Shown in pieces: positions 1 through 9,923 of a DNA stretch of 64,000 nucleotides. The notes beneath the pieces were generated by a model. It had not been told where the DNA came from, made no database searches, and worked only from the letters and a program-made list of their open reading frames with translations. Numbering within the stretch: the stretch's first letter is position 1; the number at the start of each line of letters is the position of its first letter. Made by a program: the position numbers and the translations under genes. The stretch spans positions 32,001 to 96,000 of the IMG/VR virus record IMGVR_UViG_3300028805_000055; one strand, written 5' to 3'. The stretch comes from a virus (lineage: Duplodnaviria > Caudoviricetes).

Positions 1-2
1 CA

Positions 3-434
3 AGTCACGCCTATCACATAGCAGAGGATTTTAGGTCTCACAGAAGCTTTTTCCAGCTTGCATATGAGGAAACTATCAATGGTAAGACATATTTATTTAC
101 ACATGCTGGTGTAACTAAGTCATGGCTGGAGAGATATAAGAACCTTATAGGAGAACCTACTGCCGATAACCTTAATCCGTTGAAAGATATGTCTGCTGGT
201 GTAGTAAGCCTCACACAGATGTCAAGGTATCGTGCAACATGGGGAGAAAAGGTAGGAAGCATGGTGTGGTCTGACATCAACGAGAAGAAGGAAGATGAAG
301 ACCTTGATGGCATCTACCAGATATTCGGGCATTCACAGCAGGAGGAGCACCCAGTGATTACGAGAACCTGGGCTTGCCTTGATTGCAGAAAAGCGTTTAT
401 ACTAACAGAAGATGGAGGATTCCAAGATGTGTAA
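3..434 (+). CDS. metallophosphoesterase (calcineurin-like), 5'-truncated by window edge
   Basis: Frame open from base 3; YLFTHAGV and QIFGHSQ...CLDC motifs. Confidence 0.8.
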   Translation, partial: SHAYHIAEDFRSHRSFFQLAYEETINGKTYLFTHAGVTKSWLERYKNLIGEPTADNLNPLKDMSAGVVSLTQMSRYRATWGEKVGSMVWSDINEKKEDEDLDGIYQIFGHSQQEEHPVITRTWACLDCRKAFILTEDGGFQDV

Positions 435-648
435 GAAAAGTAAACCAACGAAGAGCACGGAACAGTACAAGATACTGAGGATGATTAGCCGTGATGAACA
501 AATAGAGCGCAATGGTGGCGGTCAATTTGTTTCAATGAACCGTGTCTACAAGGACAAAAGTAAATATAACCGTAAAGGCATGAAAAAAGAGTTAAGGTCT
601 CTCCTTAACTCTTTTTCTTTTTTCTACCTTTGTGGGACCACTTCTTAG
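427..648 (+). CDS. small basic protein, ArfA/BrfA-like candidate
   Basis: KDKSKYNRK motif; intrinsic terminator lies inside the ORF before the stop codon. Confidence 0.5.
   Translation: MCKKSKPTKSTEQYKILRMISRDEQIERNGGGQFVSMNRVYKDKSKYNRKGMKKELRSLLNSFSFFYLCGTTS
584..623. terminator. bidirectional intrinsic terminator
   Basis: AAAAAGAGTTAAGG-tctct-CCTTAACTCTTTTT followed by T-run, between convergent genes. Confidence 0.85.
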
Positions 649-856
649 CATTTTGAGCAAACACAGCCCTCTTCCTGGTCAACGGATTCTTTGAATGTGT
701 CAACTCCTCCGTTGACTTACCAGTCTTCTTCTTGGTTGCATTGAACTTACCCCTGTTCTTCTTCTTGATGTGAATACTACTCTTTCCCTCAAGAACAAGA
801 TTAATGGACTCACTGATTATATTGTCTAATATATTCTCTGATATCATAACATTCAA
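605..856 (-). CDS. basic hypothetical protein (putative late/virion)
   Basis: IHIKKKNRGKF...RKRAVFAQNAKKW; N-terminal IISESI..VLE helix. Confidence 0.75.
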   Translation of the reverse strand: MNVMISENILDNIISESINLVLEGKSSIHIKKKNRGKFNATKKKTGKSTEELTHSKNPLTRKRAVFAQNAKKWSHKGRKKKKS

Positions 857-858
857 AA

Positions 859-1974
859 TTAATACCTATAATTTTCATCATTAGAAGTCTTATGTGCTAA
901 CCAGTCAACCATACACTGAACTTGCTTTGGTGAATAACCCTTCTCATCAAAAGCCCAGTCAATCTTACGCATTAGCCACTCTTCTGGTAATCCTAAGCCC
1001 TGTATATAAATACCCCTATATGGACTTTCCTCTTCTTTAAGTAGCTTTTTTACAGATTCCTTGATAAGATTGTGAAGTTCACTACCAGTCATCCTGGTGA
1101 TTCTTCCTTCTCTATAAATCTCATAGTTTCTATCATCTTGAACAGTTCCGTATTCGTTTGGAGTATCCTCATAATCAAAGTCATCCTCAAGCGTAGGCTC
1201 TGTCTCCTCTGGCTCAACTCCCTCATTTGCGTCAGCATGTGGAGAGAATGTAATACTAGCCTTACACTGTCCTTCTCCAACTTCCTTAATTCTCATAAGG
1301 CCTAAATAACTAAGCCCGCCTTCAGTATCAAGCTTAACAACATAATTATTACCTTCACAGGCATCAACGCACCTAAGATTGCCAATTTTACCAAGGATTC
1401 TCCTGTAGAAATCAAGGGCATCAGACACACCGCCAAATAACCTTGTATTAAGCTGCCCATTCTTCGTTAGGTCATTTATTCTCTTGAATAAACCTTTCTC
1501 AGTGGAAGGTTTTGTACCGTGAAACGTCGTCTTGATGTTCTCTTCCTTCCTGTATGCTTCGTTGATTCTATTAGCAATCCTCCTCTTGAGGTCTTCCTTC
1601 ATGGTGAAGTTGACAAGGTAGAGATTCCTCTGCATGTCTGACAGGAATGACTCACAGTCACTTCTCATGCCAGTGTAGGTATCTCCCTCATCCTCAAGAC
1701 TCTTGTAGAAAGTGTTGGTAACATCCAATACATCCTCAACGAATTTCTTCAATGTCGTAACCTTATATGATACTGGCTTCAAGTTACCAGTTGCAAGCTT
1801 TCCAGTGATTGACTGCTCAACCTCTGATACAGTATCCTGGAATTCAGCTATACTTTCTGCTATCTTGTCACAAAGCTCGTGCTGGGACAAATTATCAGCA
1901 TCCCAATGAAGCTCCTTGATGGCTGTTTTGTAGCCCTCAAGCTTGTTTACAAAACTAAGTACTTTCTTATTCAT
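859..1974 (-). CDS. ferritin/Dps-like four-helix N-terminal domain protein (DUF5856-like)
   Basis: KELHW...HELCD...FQD.VSE pattern; acidic C-terminal part. Confidence 0.6.
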   Translation of the reverse strand: MNKKVLSFVNKLEGYKTAIKELHWDADNLSQHELCDKIAESIAEFQDTVSEVEQSITGKLATGNLKPVSYKVTTLKKFVEDVLDVTNTFYKSLEDEGDTYTGMRSDCESFLSDMQRNLYLVNFTMKEDLKRRIANRINEAYRKEENIKTTFHGTKPSTEKGLFKRINDLTKNGQLNTRLFGGVSDALDFYRRILGKIGNLRCVDACEGNNYVVKLDTEGGLSYLGLMRIKEVGEGQCKASITFSPHADANEGVEPEETEPTLEDDFDYEDTPNEYGTVQDDRNYEIYREGRITRMTGSELHNLIKESVKKLLKEEESPYRGIYIQGLGLPEEWLMRKIDWAFDEKGYSPKQVQCMVDWLAHKTSNDENYRY

Positions 1975-1997
1975 ATATTGTATATATTTAAATCTTA

Positions 1998-2405
1998 TTA
2001 TGGCTCATCTGGTGTTAAATTATCATCATCTGGCTCTGGTTCTGGAGGCATAACTCCAGCCATTCTTTTCCTCCTTCTCTCCATTCTGTAGTCTCTCAAG
2101 TCCTCATCAGCCTCAATCTGCAACTTCTCGTTCTCAACCCAAGAACGTGTCTTCATCTTGCTGTCAACCCAAGCCTTTGGAACTCCACTACCCAGGATAT
2201 ATCCACCACTACAAAGCAGGAAGATACCCATGTCGGTCAAGTTGGTGTCAACCTTACCATCGTAAACTACGTCGTATATGAGCACAAAACATATGACAAG
2301 TCCAATGATTACACCCATAATGGCAGATACCAACATGGTAATACTGTTCACACTCATTGAAGACTTGTCGTCAATAGACGCTTTTATGTTTTTAATAACA
2401 CCCAT
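1998..2405 (-). CDS. two-TM membrane protein (holin-like topology)
   Basis: Two hydrophobic helices, charged C-terminus. Confidence 0.7.
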   Translation of the reverse strand: MGVIKNIKASIDDKSSMSVNSITMLVSAIMGVIIGLVICFVLIYDVVYDGKVDTNLTDMGIFLLCSGGYILGSGVPKAWVDSKMKTRSWVENEKLQIEADEDLRDYRMERRRKRMAGVMPPEPEPDDDNLTPDEP

Positions 2406-2438
2406 ATTATACTATAAATACCTATTAGAGACGATAAA

Positions 2439-3368
2439 TTACTCTATTGCTCCAATTATTGTATCATCGTTTATTTGTTTAAAGTATTCCCTTTGTCCTG
2501 GTTTACCAGTAACTATTGTTTCGTTTGTCTCTTTGGCAACGAAATCGTTAATTGCTTCTTGTATTATCTTGCTGTAATCCATATTTTTATTTTCTGTGAA
2601 ATCATAAGATATCGTGGTAGTGCTTAAGTATTCCGTCTCTGGTTCATTCACAAATGCGTTTTTTTGTTCGTTTGAATAATACCAACCCCTTCCAGTTTCA
2701 TTTCTATATGCCATATATTTTGGGTTGAAACTTCTATACCATTCTATATAAGGGGTATAACGTGCATACCAATCTCTGTCTTTAAGTAGTTTCCTTTCGT
2801 ATGTTTTTCTACCAATGTTGTTTGTTTTAATAAAAAACCAAGGTTGTTTTCCATTCGGCTTACGAAGGAGACCAATAATAGCGCCTTCTTGTTTTTTCAT
2901 TGCAGTTCTTTTATCAAGTGCGGCTTGTGCTTTATCACTGAGTTTACTAGCATCACTCTCCCATGATTGAATTTTGGTTGTTGCGGTAACTCCCAAATTC
3001 ATCGAATTTATTCTATTACACTCTCCTTGAAACCAACTACCATGTGCATCATATCCTTTATTTTTTGTATATCTCCAATAATTTTTCACAATAAAATGCT
3101 CTGGGTGTGATGAATAATCAAGCACATGAATCATTTCATGAACAAGTATATTTCTTAAAACTTCTTCTGGACAATCACGTTTACTTACCATTTCAATTCT
3201 TAATGGTGTAATAGTGCCATAATTGAGACTAATCCTATACATAGCTCTACCCCAGGCTCTGCTAAGCCTGTTGTTTATAACCATTTTTATGTTTGGTAAT
3301 TGTCCACCAAATGCCAATTCGTTGAACTTGGCATAATTTTCTTCCATCCACTCAGTTGTAACTATCAT
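2439..3368 (-). CDS. SprT-like zinc metalloprotease
   Basis: FN..AFGGQLP, ILVHEMIH, HG..F motifs. Confidence 0.85.
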   Translation of the reverse strand: MIVTTEWMEENYAKFNELAFGGQLPNIKMVINNRLSRAWGRAMYRISLNYGTITPLRIEMVSKRDCPEEVLRNILVHEMIHVLDYSSHPEHFIVKNYWRYTKNKGYDAHGSWFQGECNRINSMNLGVTATTKIQSWESDASKLSDKAQAALDKRTAMKKQEGAIIGLLRKPNGKQPWFFIKTNNIGRKTYERKLLKDRDWYARYTPYIEWYRSFNPKYMAYRNETGRGWYYSNEQKNAFVNEPETEYLSTTTISYDFTENKNMDYSKIIQEAINDFVAKETNETIVTGKPGQREYFKQINDDTIIGAIE

Positions 3369-3425
3369 TACTTATATCTTTTAACCTATAAATATTGTTA
3401 AAAATCACTTTAAAAGGTAGAATTG

Positions 3426-3459
3426 TTTGGTTATTCCAAAATTTTTGTATATCTTTGCA
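3426..3459 (+). promoter_or_regulatory. Bacteroidota sigmaA promoter (other + strand copies at 7703, 9444, 14045, 43761, 44817)
   Basis: TTTG-N20-TATCTTTGCA. Confidence 0.85.
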
Positions 3460-3517
3460 ACAAAAAATTGGAGGGCATGTGCTATGTCCGTATTGTATAA
3501 CTATTAAAGAATATATA

Positions 3518-4666
3518 ATGGAGATAAAGCAACCATTAGAGATTATCGACAAGTACAACAAGGTACTGATTGAACATTATCCAGACGTTTTAATTGATAA
3601 TCACGGAATGAGTCCAGATATCAATTACAGAATCCTGTTTACCTACGTCTACGGTCATAACCCACTCTATGAGTACGGTATTGCCGAAATGAAGGATACA
3701 AAGGCATTGAAGCTTTACAAGCGTTCACTGGATTCTGTCACCCTCAAGGATAAGTTCGCAAGATATTCCAAGAACTATTCGTTTATTGACACTGCTGAGA
3801 AGCTTGGCTGTGTGGCATTCCCAGTTAACAATATCGCAATGTTCCTAACTGAGGATGGCTTTGCCGTAATAGAAACATATAGTGCCAACATTGGAGACAG
3901 TGAGATTAAGAGAATCGAACACGTGAAGATTTACACAGATAACAAGGATACTGTGGGACAACTCGCTGAACACGTCATGGACAACCTCGTAATGGTTGAC
4001 TTGAACACCAATGATATGTCATCATACCTGTGGGTAAGACAGGGCTATTCAAGCGGTCTTATGACCCAGCAGCTTGAGTTCAAGAGAATGGAGCTTGACC
4101 TCAACAAGAACTATAATGATGACATGCCATACGAGAAGATTGTCAAGCTTCTTAATTCAGACCATAAGGAGCTTATCCTCTTCAACGGTGAGGCTGGTAC
4201 TGGTAAGACCTCCCTCATCAAGCACCTCATCGGTGTCATCGATGATAAAAAGTTCCTGTACATTGATTCCAGTCTCCTTAGCAATGTGACATCATCATCG
4301 TTTATCTCATTCCTGCTGGAATACAGAAACTCTGTGGTGGTATTGGAGGACTGTGAGAAGATTCTGTCCAAGAGAGAGGAAGGAAACCCATTCATGGGCA
4401 CACTCCTTAACCTTACAGACGGTATCATTGGCGAGACGGTCAACTGCAAGTTCATCTGTTCATTTAACTGCCCAGAAAGCAAGATTGATGAAGCACTCCT
4501 TAGAAAGGGAAGGCTCTCACTCAAGTATACATTCAACCCATTGAGCCTTGAGAAGACTCAGAAGTTTATCCCAGATGCTAAGAAGGGTATGACTCTCGCT
4601 GACATCTATAACAAGGATGATGAGAATGTCGTAAATAAGCAGGAAGTAAAGAAAATAGGATTCTGA
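3518..4666 (+). CDS. AAA+ ATPase
   Basis: Walker A GEAGTGKT, Walker B VVLEDCE, ALLRKGRL arginine finger; start moved to MEIKQ. Confidence 0.9.
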   Translation: MEIKQPLEIIDKYNKVLIEHYPDVLIDNHGMSPDINYRILFTYVYGHNPLYEYGIAEMKDTKALKLYKRSLDSVTLKDKFARYSKNYSFIDTAEKLGCVAFPVNNIAMFLTEDGFAVIETYSANIGDSEIKRIEHVKIYTDNKDTVGQLAEHVMDNLVMVDLNTNDMSSYLWVRQGYSSGLMTQQLEFKRMELDLNKNYNDDMPYEKIVKLLNSDHKELILFNGEAGTGKTSLIKHLIGVIDDKKFLYIDSSLLSNVTSSSFISFLLEYRNSVVVLEDCEKILSKREEGNPFMGTLLNLTDGIIGETVNCKFICSFNCPESKIDEALLRKGRLSLKYTFNPLSLEKTQKFIPDAKKGMTLADIYNKDDENVVNKQEVKKIGF

Positions 4667-4890
4667 TGAAGAATAAAATAATACTCCTACAGTTTTTCAT
4701 AATCCTCATCATGGGTATTCACATAGCGACCCTAAACGAGGAGATTAAGTGCATTAACCTCATTTATCAGATTAAGGAATGTCTGAATAGTGATGAAGCA
4801 AAGGCTGTGGAGAGATATAATAAAAACGTATATGAAGCTATTAACGAGAGAAGAGTTCAAGAAGCAGGTGTTTGCCAAGACCAACGGTAA
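4666..4890 (+). CDS. small membrane-anchored protein
   Basis: N-terminal hydrophobic helix; coupled to ATPase stop codon. Confidence 0.6.
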   Translation: MKNKIILLQFFIILIMGIHIATLNEEIKCINLIYQIKECLNSDEAKAVERYNKNVYEAINERRVQEAGVCQDQR

Positions 4891-5164
4891 ATGCTGTGTT
4901 CCATGATGTCACTGTGACGCTGTAGACGCACATCACATCATGGACAGAAAGCTGTGGACTGACGGTGGCTACTACATAGAGAATGGTGCAGCACTCTGCT
5001 CAAGGCATCACATAATGGCTGAGGACGGTGATATAACACCCAGACAGTGCTATGAGTACATGGGCACTGAAAACTGGCTCAGGCCAGATAAGCTCACCTG
5101 TCTCACAGACGAGTAATTTAAATATTGCGTTAAACATTGTATAATCGATAAATGGGGTAAATAA
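4832..5164 (+). pseudogene. HNH-type domain gene with two in-frame stops
   Basis: MKLLTREEF...KCCVP*C..DAHHI...NGAALC..HH...DE*...DKWGK; TGA at 4904, TAA at 5114. Confidence 0.75.
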
Positions 5165-5166
5165 GG

Positions 5167-5643
5167 ATGAAGATAATAAGAGCCAGCAAGTTCTATAACC
5201 GTGAAGAGGTTGAAAAGGACTTTGAAACCATGTATATCTTTACCGACAACACCGATAGGGATAGCGGTAAGGGAGAAATACCAGATAACGTCTGGTACTC
5301 CAAGATGTATGGTGCTGGTAAACACTTTCCAAAGGTCACATCAGCCTGTATAAGAGGACTTAAGAATGCCTACCCTATAACTACCCAACGTTGGTATAAC
5401 AAGCAGCACAAGGGCATTTATGGTAGGTGGAATGATGAAGATTTTGAGGAGTTCAAGAAAGTAATCGACGAGGATTTCCAACACATAAAGGATTGTATGG
5501 TGATGTATGAGAAAATCGTTTTCCCATTCGGAGGTATCTTCAATTCCAAGATTGCTAACATATCCAAAGCCAGAGTTCCAAAGCTCTACGATTATCTAAT
5601 GTCTAAATGTTTAGAACTACAAGAAAAATATGAAAAGTTATAA
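5167..5643 (+). CDS. macrodomain-like phage protein
   Basis: YIFTDN..R.SG.G, IRG..NAYPITT, IVFP..GI pattern. Confidence 0.55.
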   Translation: MKIIRASKFYNREEVEKDFETMYIFTDNTDRDSGKGEIPDNVWYSKMYGAGKHFPKVTSACIRGLKNAYPITTQRWYNKQHKGIYGRWNDEDFEEFKKVIDEDFQHIKDCMVMYEKIVFPFGGIFNSKIANISKARVPKLYDYLMSKCLELQEKYEKL

Positions 5644-5902
5644 GTACAACGATTTCGAGACTTTCTGGAATGAAAGTGGAATCCAGGAGACAGATGCTTT
5701 CAAGTATCTTGACAGGAAGTTCAACTTCCATGCAGTGCCAATGGATATGGAAGCACTCAAGTCCATTGTGAGAACCACTTGGTCACTTGTGGCTGAGTCA
5801 GCATATACACAGGGAAAACTCGATGGGAAAGACGACACTGAGGAAATGACAGAGGATATTGCCTCCCTCATTGACTCCTTGTCAAAAGTATACGGAACAT
5901 GA
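5630..5902 (+). CDS. hypothetical protein
   Basis: Overlapping operon packing. Confidence 0.75.
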   Translation: MKSYKYNDFETFWNESGIQETDAFKYLDRKFNFHAVPMDMEALKSIVRTTWSLVAESAYTQGKLDGKDDTEEMTEDIASLIDSLSKVYGT

Positions 5903-6240
5903 CCACAGAAGAGAGAGATAAGATAATTCTAACGGCATTTGCTAAGTTCTTGAAGGCTAACGATGCCCTTGTACAATTTAGGGCGAACTATGTGAAGGAA
6001 CGCCCTGGATATCGTGCTGCATTTTTCCCATTACATAAGACCGATTGTAGGACACTAAGTGGAATGCCACGCTCATTTATCTGTTCCGCATTTTCTTGGG
6101 ATGAGACAAAAGAAGGACGTGAATTCTGGAGTAACCTATCTCGTAAGTGGTGTGAGCTATTGACAATATTGGAGAGAACTGATTATGAAATATCCGAGAA
6201 CATATCATCTACCTTTTTCACCAGGTGCAACGAAGGATGA
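5899..6240 (+). CDS. hypothetical protein
   Basis: ATGA overlap with upstream gene. Confidence 0.75.
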   Translation: MTTEERDKIILTAFAKFLKANDALVQFRANYVKERPGYRAAFFPLHKTDCRTLSGMPRSFICSAFSWDETKEGREFWSNLSRKWCELLTILERTDYEISENISSTFFTRCNEG

Positions 6241-6841
6241 TAAGAAATTACAAGGTGATTGGTTTGATTTCTATCGTGGTAAGAAGATAGTCTTCACAGA
6301 GAAACTTGACGGAGAGAACACCTGTCTCTGCCAAAGTGGAGTCTTTGCACGTTCCCATTCAGCAGAGACTAGGAGTCCCTGGTCAATCAATCTGTGGGGC
6401 CAAGACGGACTCTACTGGAGAATCAAGAACTCCATAGGAAATAATGAGGAAATCTTCGGTGAAAACCTCTATGGAGAGCATTCTATCATCTACGATAAGC
6501 TTCTTAACTACTTCCACATATTCGCAGCCAACGACGGTGAAAGATGGTACTCCTGGGACGAAATTGTCGAAATGGCATTCATCCTGGATGTTCCACATGT
6601 GCCAGAACTGTACACATGTGAGGCAGAGTCGGAGAAACAGATTGAGGAAATCATAGCAGACCTCATGAAGCAACCCTCAACCTACGGCAAGGAGAAGGAA
6701 GGTATCGTCATGAGGATAACAGACTCATTCGCCATAGACTATTTCCCACACTATGTCTGCAAATATGTAAGACCAAACCACGTCCAGACGGATGAGCATT
6801 GGACTAGAAATTGGAAAAAGGCTAAACTACTTGACCTATGA
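6185..6841 (+). CDS. RNA ligase (nucleotidyltransferase superfamily)
   Basis: KYPRTYHLPFSPG, motif I TEKLDGEN, FGE, EGIV, KYV. Confidence 0.9.
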   Translation: MKYPRTYHLPFSPGATKDDKKLQGDWFDFYRGKKIVFTEKLDGENTCLCQSGVFARSHSAETRSPWSINLWGQDGLYWRIKNSIGNNEEIFGENLYGEHSIIYDKLLNYFHIFAANDGERWYSWDEIVEMAFILDVPHVPELYTCEAESEKQIEEIIADLMKQPSTYGKEKEGIVMRITDSFAIDYFPHYVCKYVRPNHVQTDEHWTRNWKKAKLLDL

Positions 6842-7215
6842 ATAAGAAACTTTCAATAAACGGTAGAACATCAGTTCGTGTCCTCCATAGGGAAGAAAGA
6901 ACAAAGGAAATGCCAAAGTATGGAGACTTCCTTGTAAGATACACCTCGTCAGAAATACACGGTGAAAACTTTCTTATTGTGGAAATATTCAAGGAAATGA
7001 CAGATTATGGTATTGTTGCCTGCCTGGTGTGGTGGAACTTTAAGGATGGACGTGGAAATCTAGAACCGCTTCAAGATGAGCACCATTCATATTATATGGG
7101 AAATGGATACGACACTTATAAGGCTAACAACTATGAGATACAATTCCTCGTTGAAAAATTGAAGGAAGTGGGGTATAGATGGGATTTTGAAAGTAAACAA
7201 TTAATAAGAATATAG
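6838..7215 (+). CDS. hypothetical protein (AxxxE...GYxW family)
   Basis: C-terminal KANNYE...GYRWDFESKQL. Confidence 0.75.
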   Translation: MNKKLSINGRTSVRVLHREERTKEMPKYGDFLVRYTSSEIHGENFLIVEIFKEMTDYGIVACLVWWNFKDGRGNLEPLQDEHHSYYMGNGYDTYKANNYEIQFLVEKLKEVGYRWDFESKQLIRI

Positions 7216-7217
7216 CA

Positions 7218-7676
7218 ATGGTAGGAAGAACTAAATTTTTCGAAGAAGCTAAGGTAAACGACAAGGTTTACAAGCTCTCACTGATAGATTCAATCATCTA
7301 CAGATATCCAAATAGTGAGGCGATTAAGGAGCTGACAATAAGTAGCATCGTCAGATATCCAAGCAACATGTATCTCAATCTCTCAGATGGTGTCACAACA
7401 ATCACACCACGAAGAGCATTGGCTAGCTACGTGAACGAAAGGGACGATGATGAGATTGGTCTCTCAATTGACGTGTATGCCCTCACAAAGAGGGAATGCA
7501 TCAGTGCAGTCATCGCTGAGATAAACAAGCGTAGGACAAAGCTAAGAGGTATTGAGAAACGTTGTAGGGAGTCAGACTCAGAACTGGACATCGCATGTAT
7601 CGAACTCATGGACATTAAGCCAGATGAAGAGGAAGCGATGTCTGAAGAGGAGTTTGCTAACGCAGCCCTTGAGTAA
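7218..7676 (+). CDS. hypothetical protein
   Basis: Operon packing; ends SEEEFANAALE. Confidence 0.75.
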   Translation: MVGRTKFFEEAKVNDKVYKLSLIDSIIYRYPNSEAIKELTISSIVRYPSNMYLNLSDGVTTITPRRALASYVNERDDDEIGLSIDVYALTKRECISAVIAEINKRRTKLRGIEKRCRESDSELDIACIELMDIKPDEEEAMSEEEFANAALE

Positions 7677-7756
7677 AAAAAATGTTAAAAATCGAGGTAA
7701 TTTTTGGTTATCTCGATTTTTTTGTCTACATTTGCACCAGAAAATATTAGTGAAGT

Positions 7757-8194
7757 ATGAAAGATATTAAAAAATTAAATGAGGTGAAACCTGGCGATAT
7801 CCTCTATTGCATCGCCTATAGTCACAACGGAAAGGAAATCTCAATTGTAGAGATTACCGTAAAAGAAGTCATTACGGATGGTCCTGACATCAAACGTCAC
7901 ATCTACTCCAGAGAAGCCATACTCGTTAAGGAAAAAGTACCAAATTCTCCAGAACCTGCTGGTGAATATGTAATTGACCAGTACTATCGTGGCGATGAAT
8001 GTATGACTCACTCTCACGGCATCTATACAACTTTCATTGAGGCTGCTACTGAGGCACGGAAAGAAATTGATGGAAGATTCAAATTGTATTCCAGAGAAGA
8101 GGAAAAATATGCCAAGAAGAAGCTTGACGCATTCTCAAGCCTCATGGACTTACATGCTGAAATACTCAAAAAATTAAAGGAGGAGGAAGTATGA
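7757..8194 (+). CDS. hypothetical protein
   Basis: Follows promoter at 7703. Confidence 0.8.
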   Translation: MKDIKKLNEVKPGDILYCIAYSHNGKEISIVEITVKEVITDGPDIKRHIYSREAILVKEKVPNSPEPAGEYVIDQYYRGDECMTHSHGIYTTFIEAATEARKEIDGRFKLYSREEEKYAKKKLDAFSSLMDLHAEILKKLKEEEV

Positions 8195-8622
8195 AGCCAA
8201 TAGTAAACATTGCTAGAGAATACGCAGAGAAGAACTTCACCAAGGAGTTCCTTGAAACTACCACAGATTCATGGTACTTTGATGCTCTGGACTGGTTCGA
8301 GTATACTTATAAGGTCACTCCAGAAAGTCAAGAGGCCAACGAGTTCTCTGAGAAAATTCAGTACCAGTTCGACAGGTACTACACCATGTATTTCGGTAAG
8401 CGTGATGACTACTACTACCTCAAGGGTATTATGTCAGACATGAAGGAAATACACGATAAACTTGAGGAAATCCTCAAGCGTGGTACTGTTCAACCTCATG
8501 GTGCTACCTTGAAGGACTGTATGAAGAAGCTCAACAACATGCGGTTCTCACTTGGTCTCGTGAGAAGTTCACTTAACAGACAATATAGTTTTGAGGAGGA
8601 TAATAAAAGTGAAATAACATGA
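8191..8622 (+). CDS. hypothetical protein
   Basis: ATGA overlap. Confidence 0.8.
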   Translation: MKPIVNIAREYAEKNFTKEFLETTTDSWYFDALDWFEYTYKVTPESQEANEFSEKIQYQFDRYYTMYFGKRDDYYYLKGIMSDMKEIHDKLEEILKRGTVQPHGATLKDCMKKLNNMRFSLGLVRSSLNRQYSFEEDNKSEIT

Positions 8623-9095
8623 AGATAATTAAGAAAATCTACACCATCCTGGCACTATTATTCAACTTCATCATACGGAGGGAGAACTACAAGCTCACCT
8701 TCATCTGTGAGGATGATAACGGTGTCAGAAGATGGTACTACAAGTTCAATGGCTGGGGATTTAACCATTCCAACCTTGAAATGGTATGCGGGGCTGACAA
8801 ACTCTGTGAACTCTATGCCAATGGTGAGAACGAGGTGACAATAAAGATTATCGCTAGGAAGTACCCATTCGGTATGTACTTCAGACATGAGTTCGACCAC
8901 TACGAGAAACTTATTCCACAAAGTCTTGGAAAAAAGTCTATGCTGGATAAGTACCTGTTTGGTGCTGACTATAAGCAGGAGGTTGACGATGTTGATATTG
9001 CAAACGGTACTCAACAGAAGAGATTCTGGATTTGCCCAGTTACACTCTTTGTCCTTGGTAGATATCCTAATCACATCTATATTAGTAAATTATGA
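8619..9095 (+). CDS. DUF6717-like protein
   Basis: WY...W...LEMV.GAD.L and W.CPVT.FV.G.YP..IY pattern. Confidence 0.55.
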   Translation: MKIIKKIYTILALLFNFIIRRENYKLTFICEDDNGVRRWYYKFNGWGFNHSNLEMVCGADKLCELYANGENEVTIKIIARKYPFGMYFRHEFDHYEKLIPQSLGKKSMLDKYLFGADYKQEVDDVDIANGTQQKRFWICPVTLFVLGRYPNHIYISKL

Positions 9096-9364
9096 AAAAG
9101 TTCGAGAAAATCTTTAAGATAGCAGTTCAACAGGTGTCAAGGTTTGAACTTACACCATATGAGGAAGGTGGGTATCATGCAGATATACAGGTTACTGGTG
9201 GCAGTTATGATTCGTCAGTATCATTTGACATTACTGATTATAACGAATGCTGCAATTTGATTAACTTCATATCAAATTACAGCTACTTCTTTGCCGTTGT
9301 TCTTCCAACAGGAGGAACAAAGTTCTTCACCGCATACTCTTACGTTACATCATATCTACAGTAA
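9092..9364 (+). CDS. hypothetical protein
   Basis: ATGA overlap. Confidence 0.65.
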   Translation: MKKFEKIFKIAVQQVSRFELTPYEEGGYHADIQVTGGSYDSSVSFDITDYNECCNLINFISNYSYFFAVVLPTGGTKFFTAYSYVTSYLQ

Positions 9365-9493
9365 AGGAAAAACTATACGTAATAAAAATCAAGGATGGAA
9401 TGAAGGTCTATGAGTGCCTTTTTCCTTAATTAATGTTAATTTCTTTGGATATCTCAGATTTTTTGTCTAACTTTGCACCAAAATTACAAAATT

Positions 9494-9922
9494 ATGACAA
9501 GATATACAGTTAAATTTACATCCAAAAAGGATGGTTCGGTCAAGTATTATAAGACCATGAATACACATGTCAAGTATGTTGATGGCGTTAGAATGCAGTA
9601 CTGGGACTTTGAACTCACTGATGACATCCATAAGGCAGATACCTACGTGGATGCTGACTTCGCCTATGATTACGTCTCAGAAAAAGCTGAGACATTCCAA
9701 CCAGAGTGGGCTAAGGGCTTCATCATGGAGGCTGTAAGAGTCCCCACAAGACGTGAAGAGGTTAGCATTAGTATCTCACCCATTGCAAAGATGGTGTCAC
9801 TTGTTAAAAACTACAACAAAGCCAATACCAAGGGCAAGAGCAACATCAGAAAACAGCTCTTCAATGAGGAGTTCATAGGTAAGTGCGTTGAGTCACTTAA
9901 ACAAATTAATACGCTCAAGTAA
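9494..9922 (+). CDS. hypothetical protein
   Basis: Follows promoter at 9444; start MTRY. Confidence 0.8.
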   Translation: MTRYTVKFTSKKDGSVKYYKTMNTHVKYVDGVRMQYWDFELTDDIHKADTYVDADFAYDYVSEKAETFQPEWAKGFIMEAVRVPTRREEVSISISPIAKMVSLVKNYNKANTKGKSNIRKQLFNEEFIGKCVESLKQINTLK

Positions 9923-9923
9923 A

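Noticed and set aside
4904-4906. Selenocysteine TGA in a Cys-rich motif
   Set aside because: The position fits Gly, there is no evident SECIS, and a second TAA stop occurs in the same frame.
9350-9428. Programmed frameshift extending ORF 9092-9364
   Set aside because: An alternative frame looks coding, but there is no slippery site or stimulatory structure; could be a simple indel.
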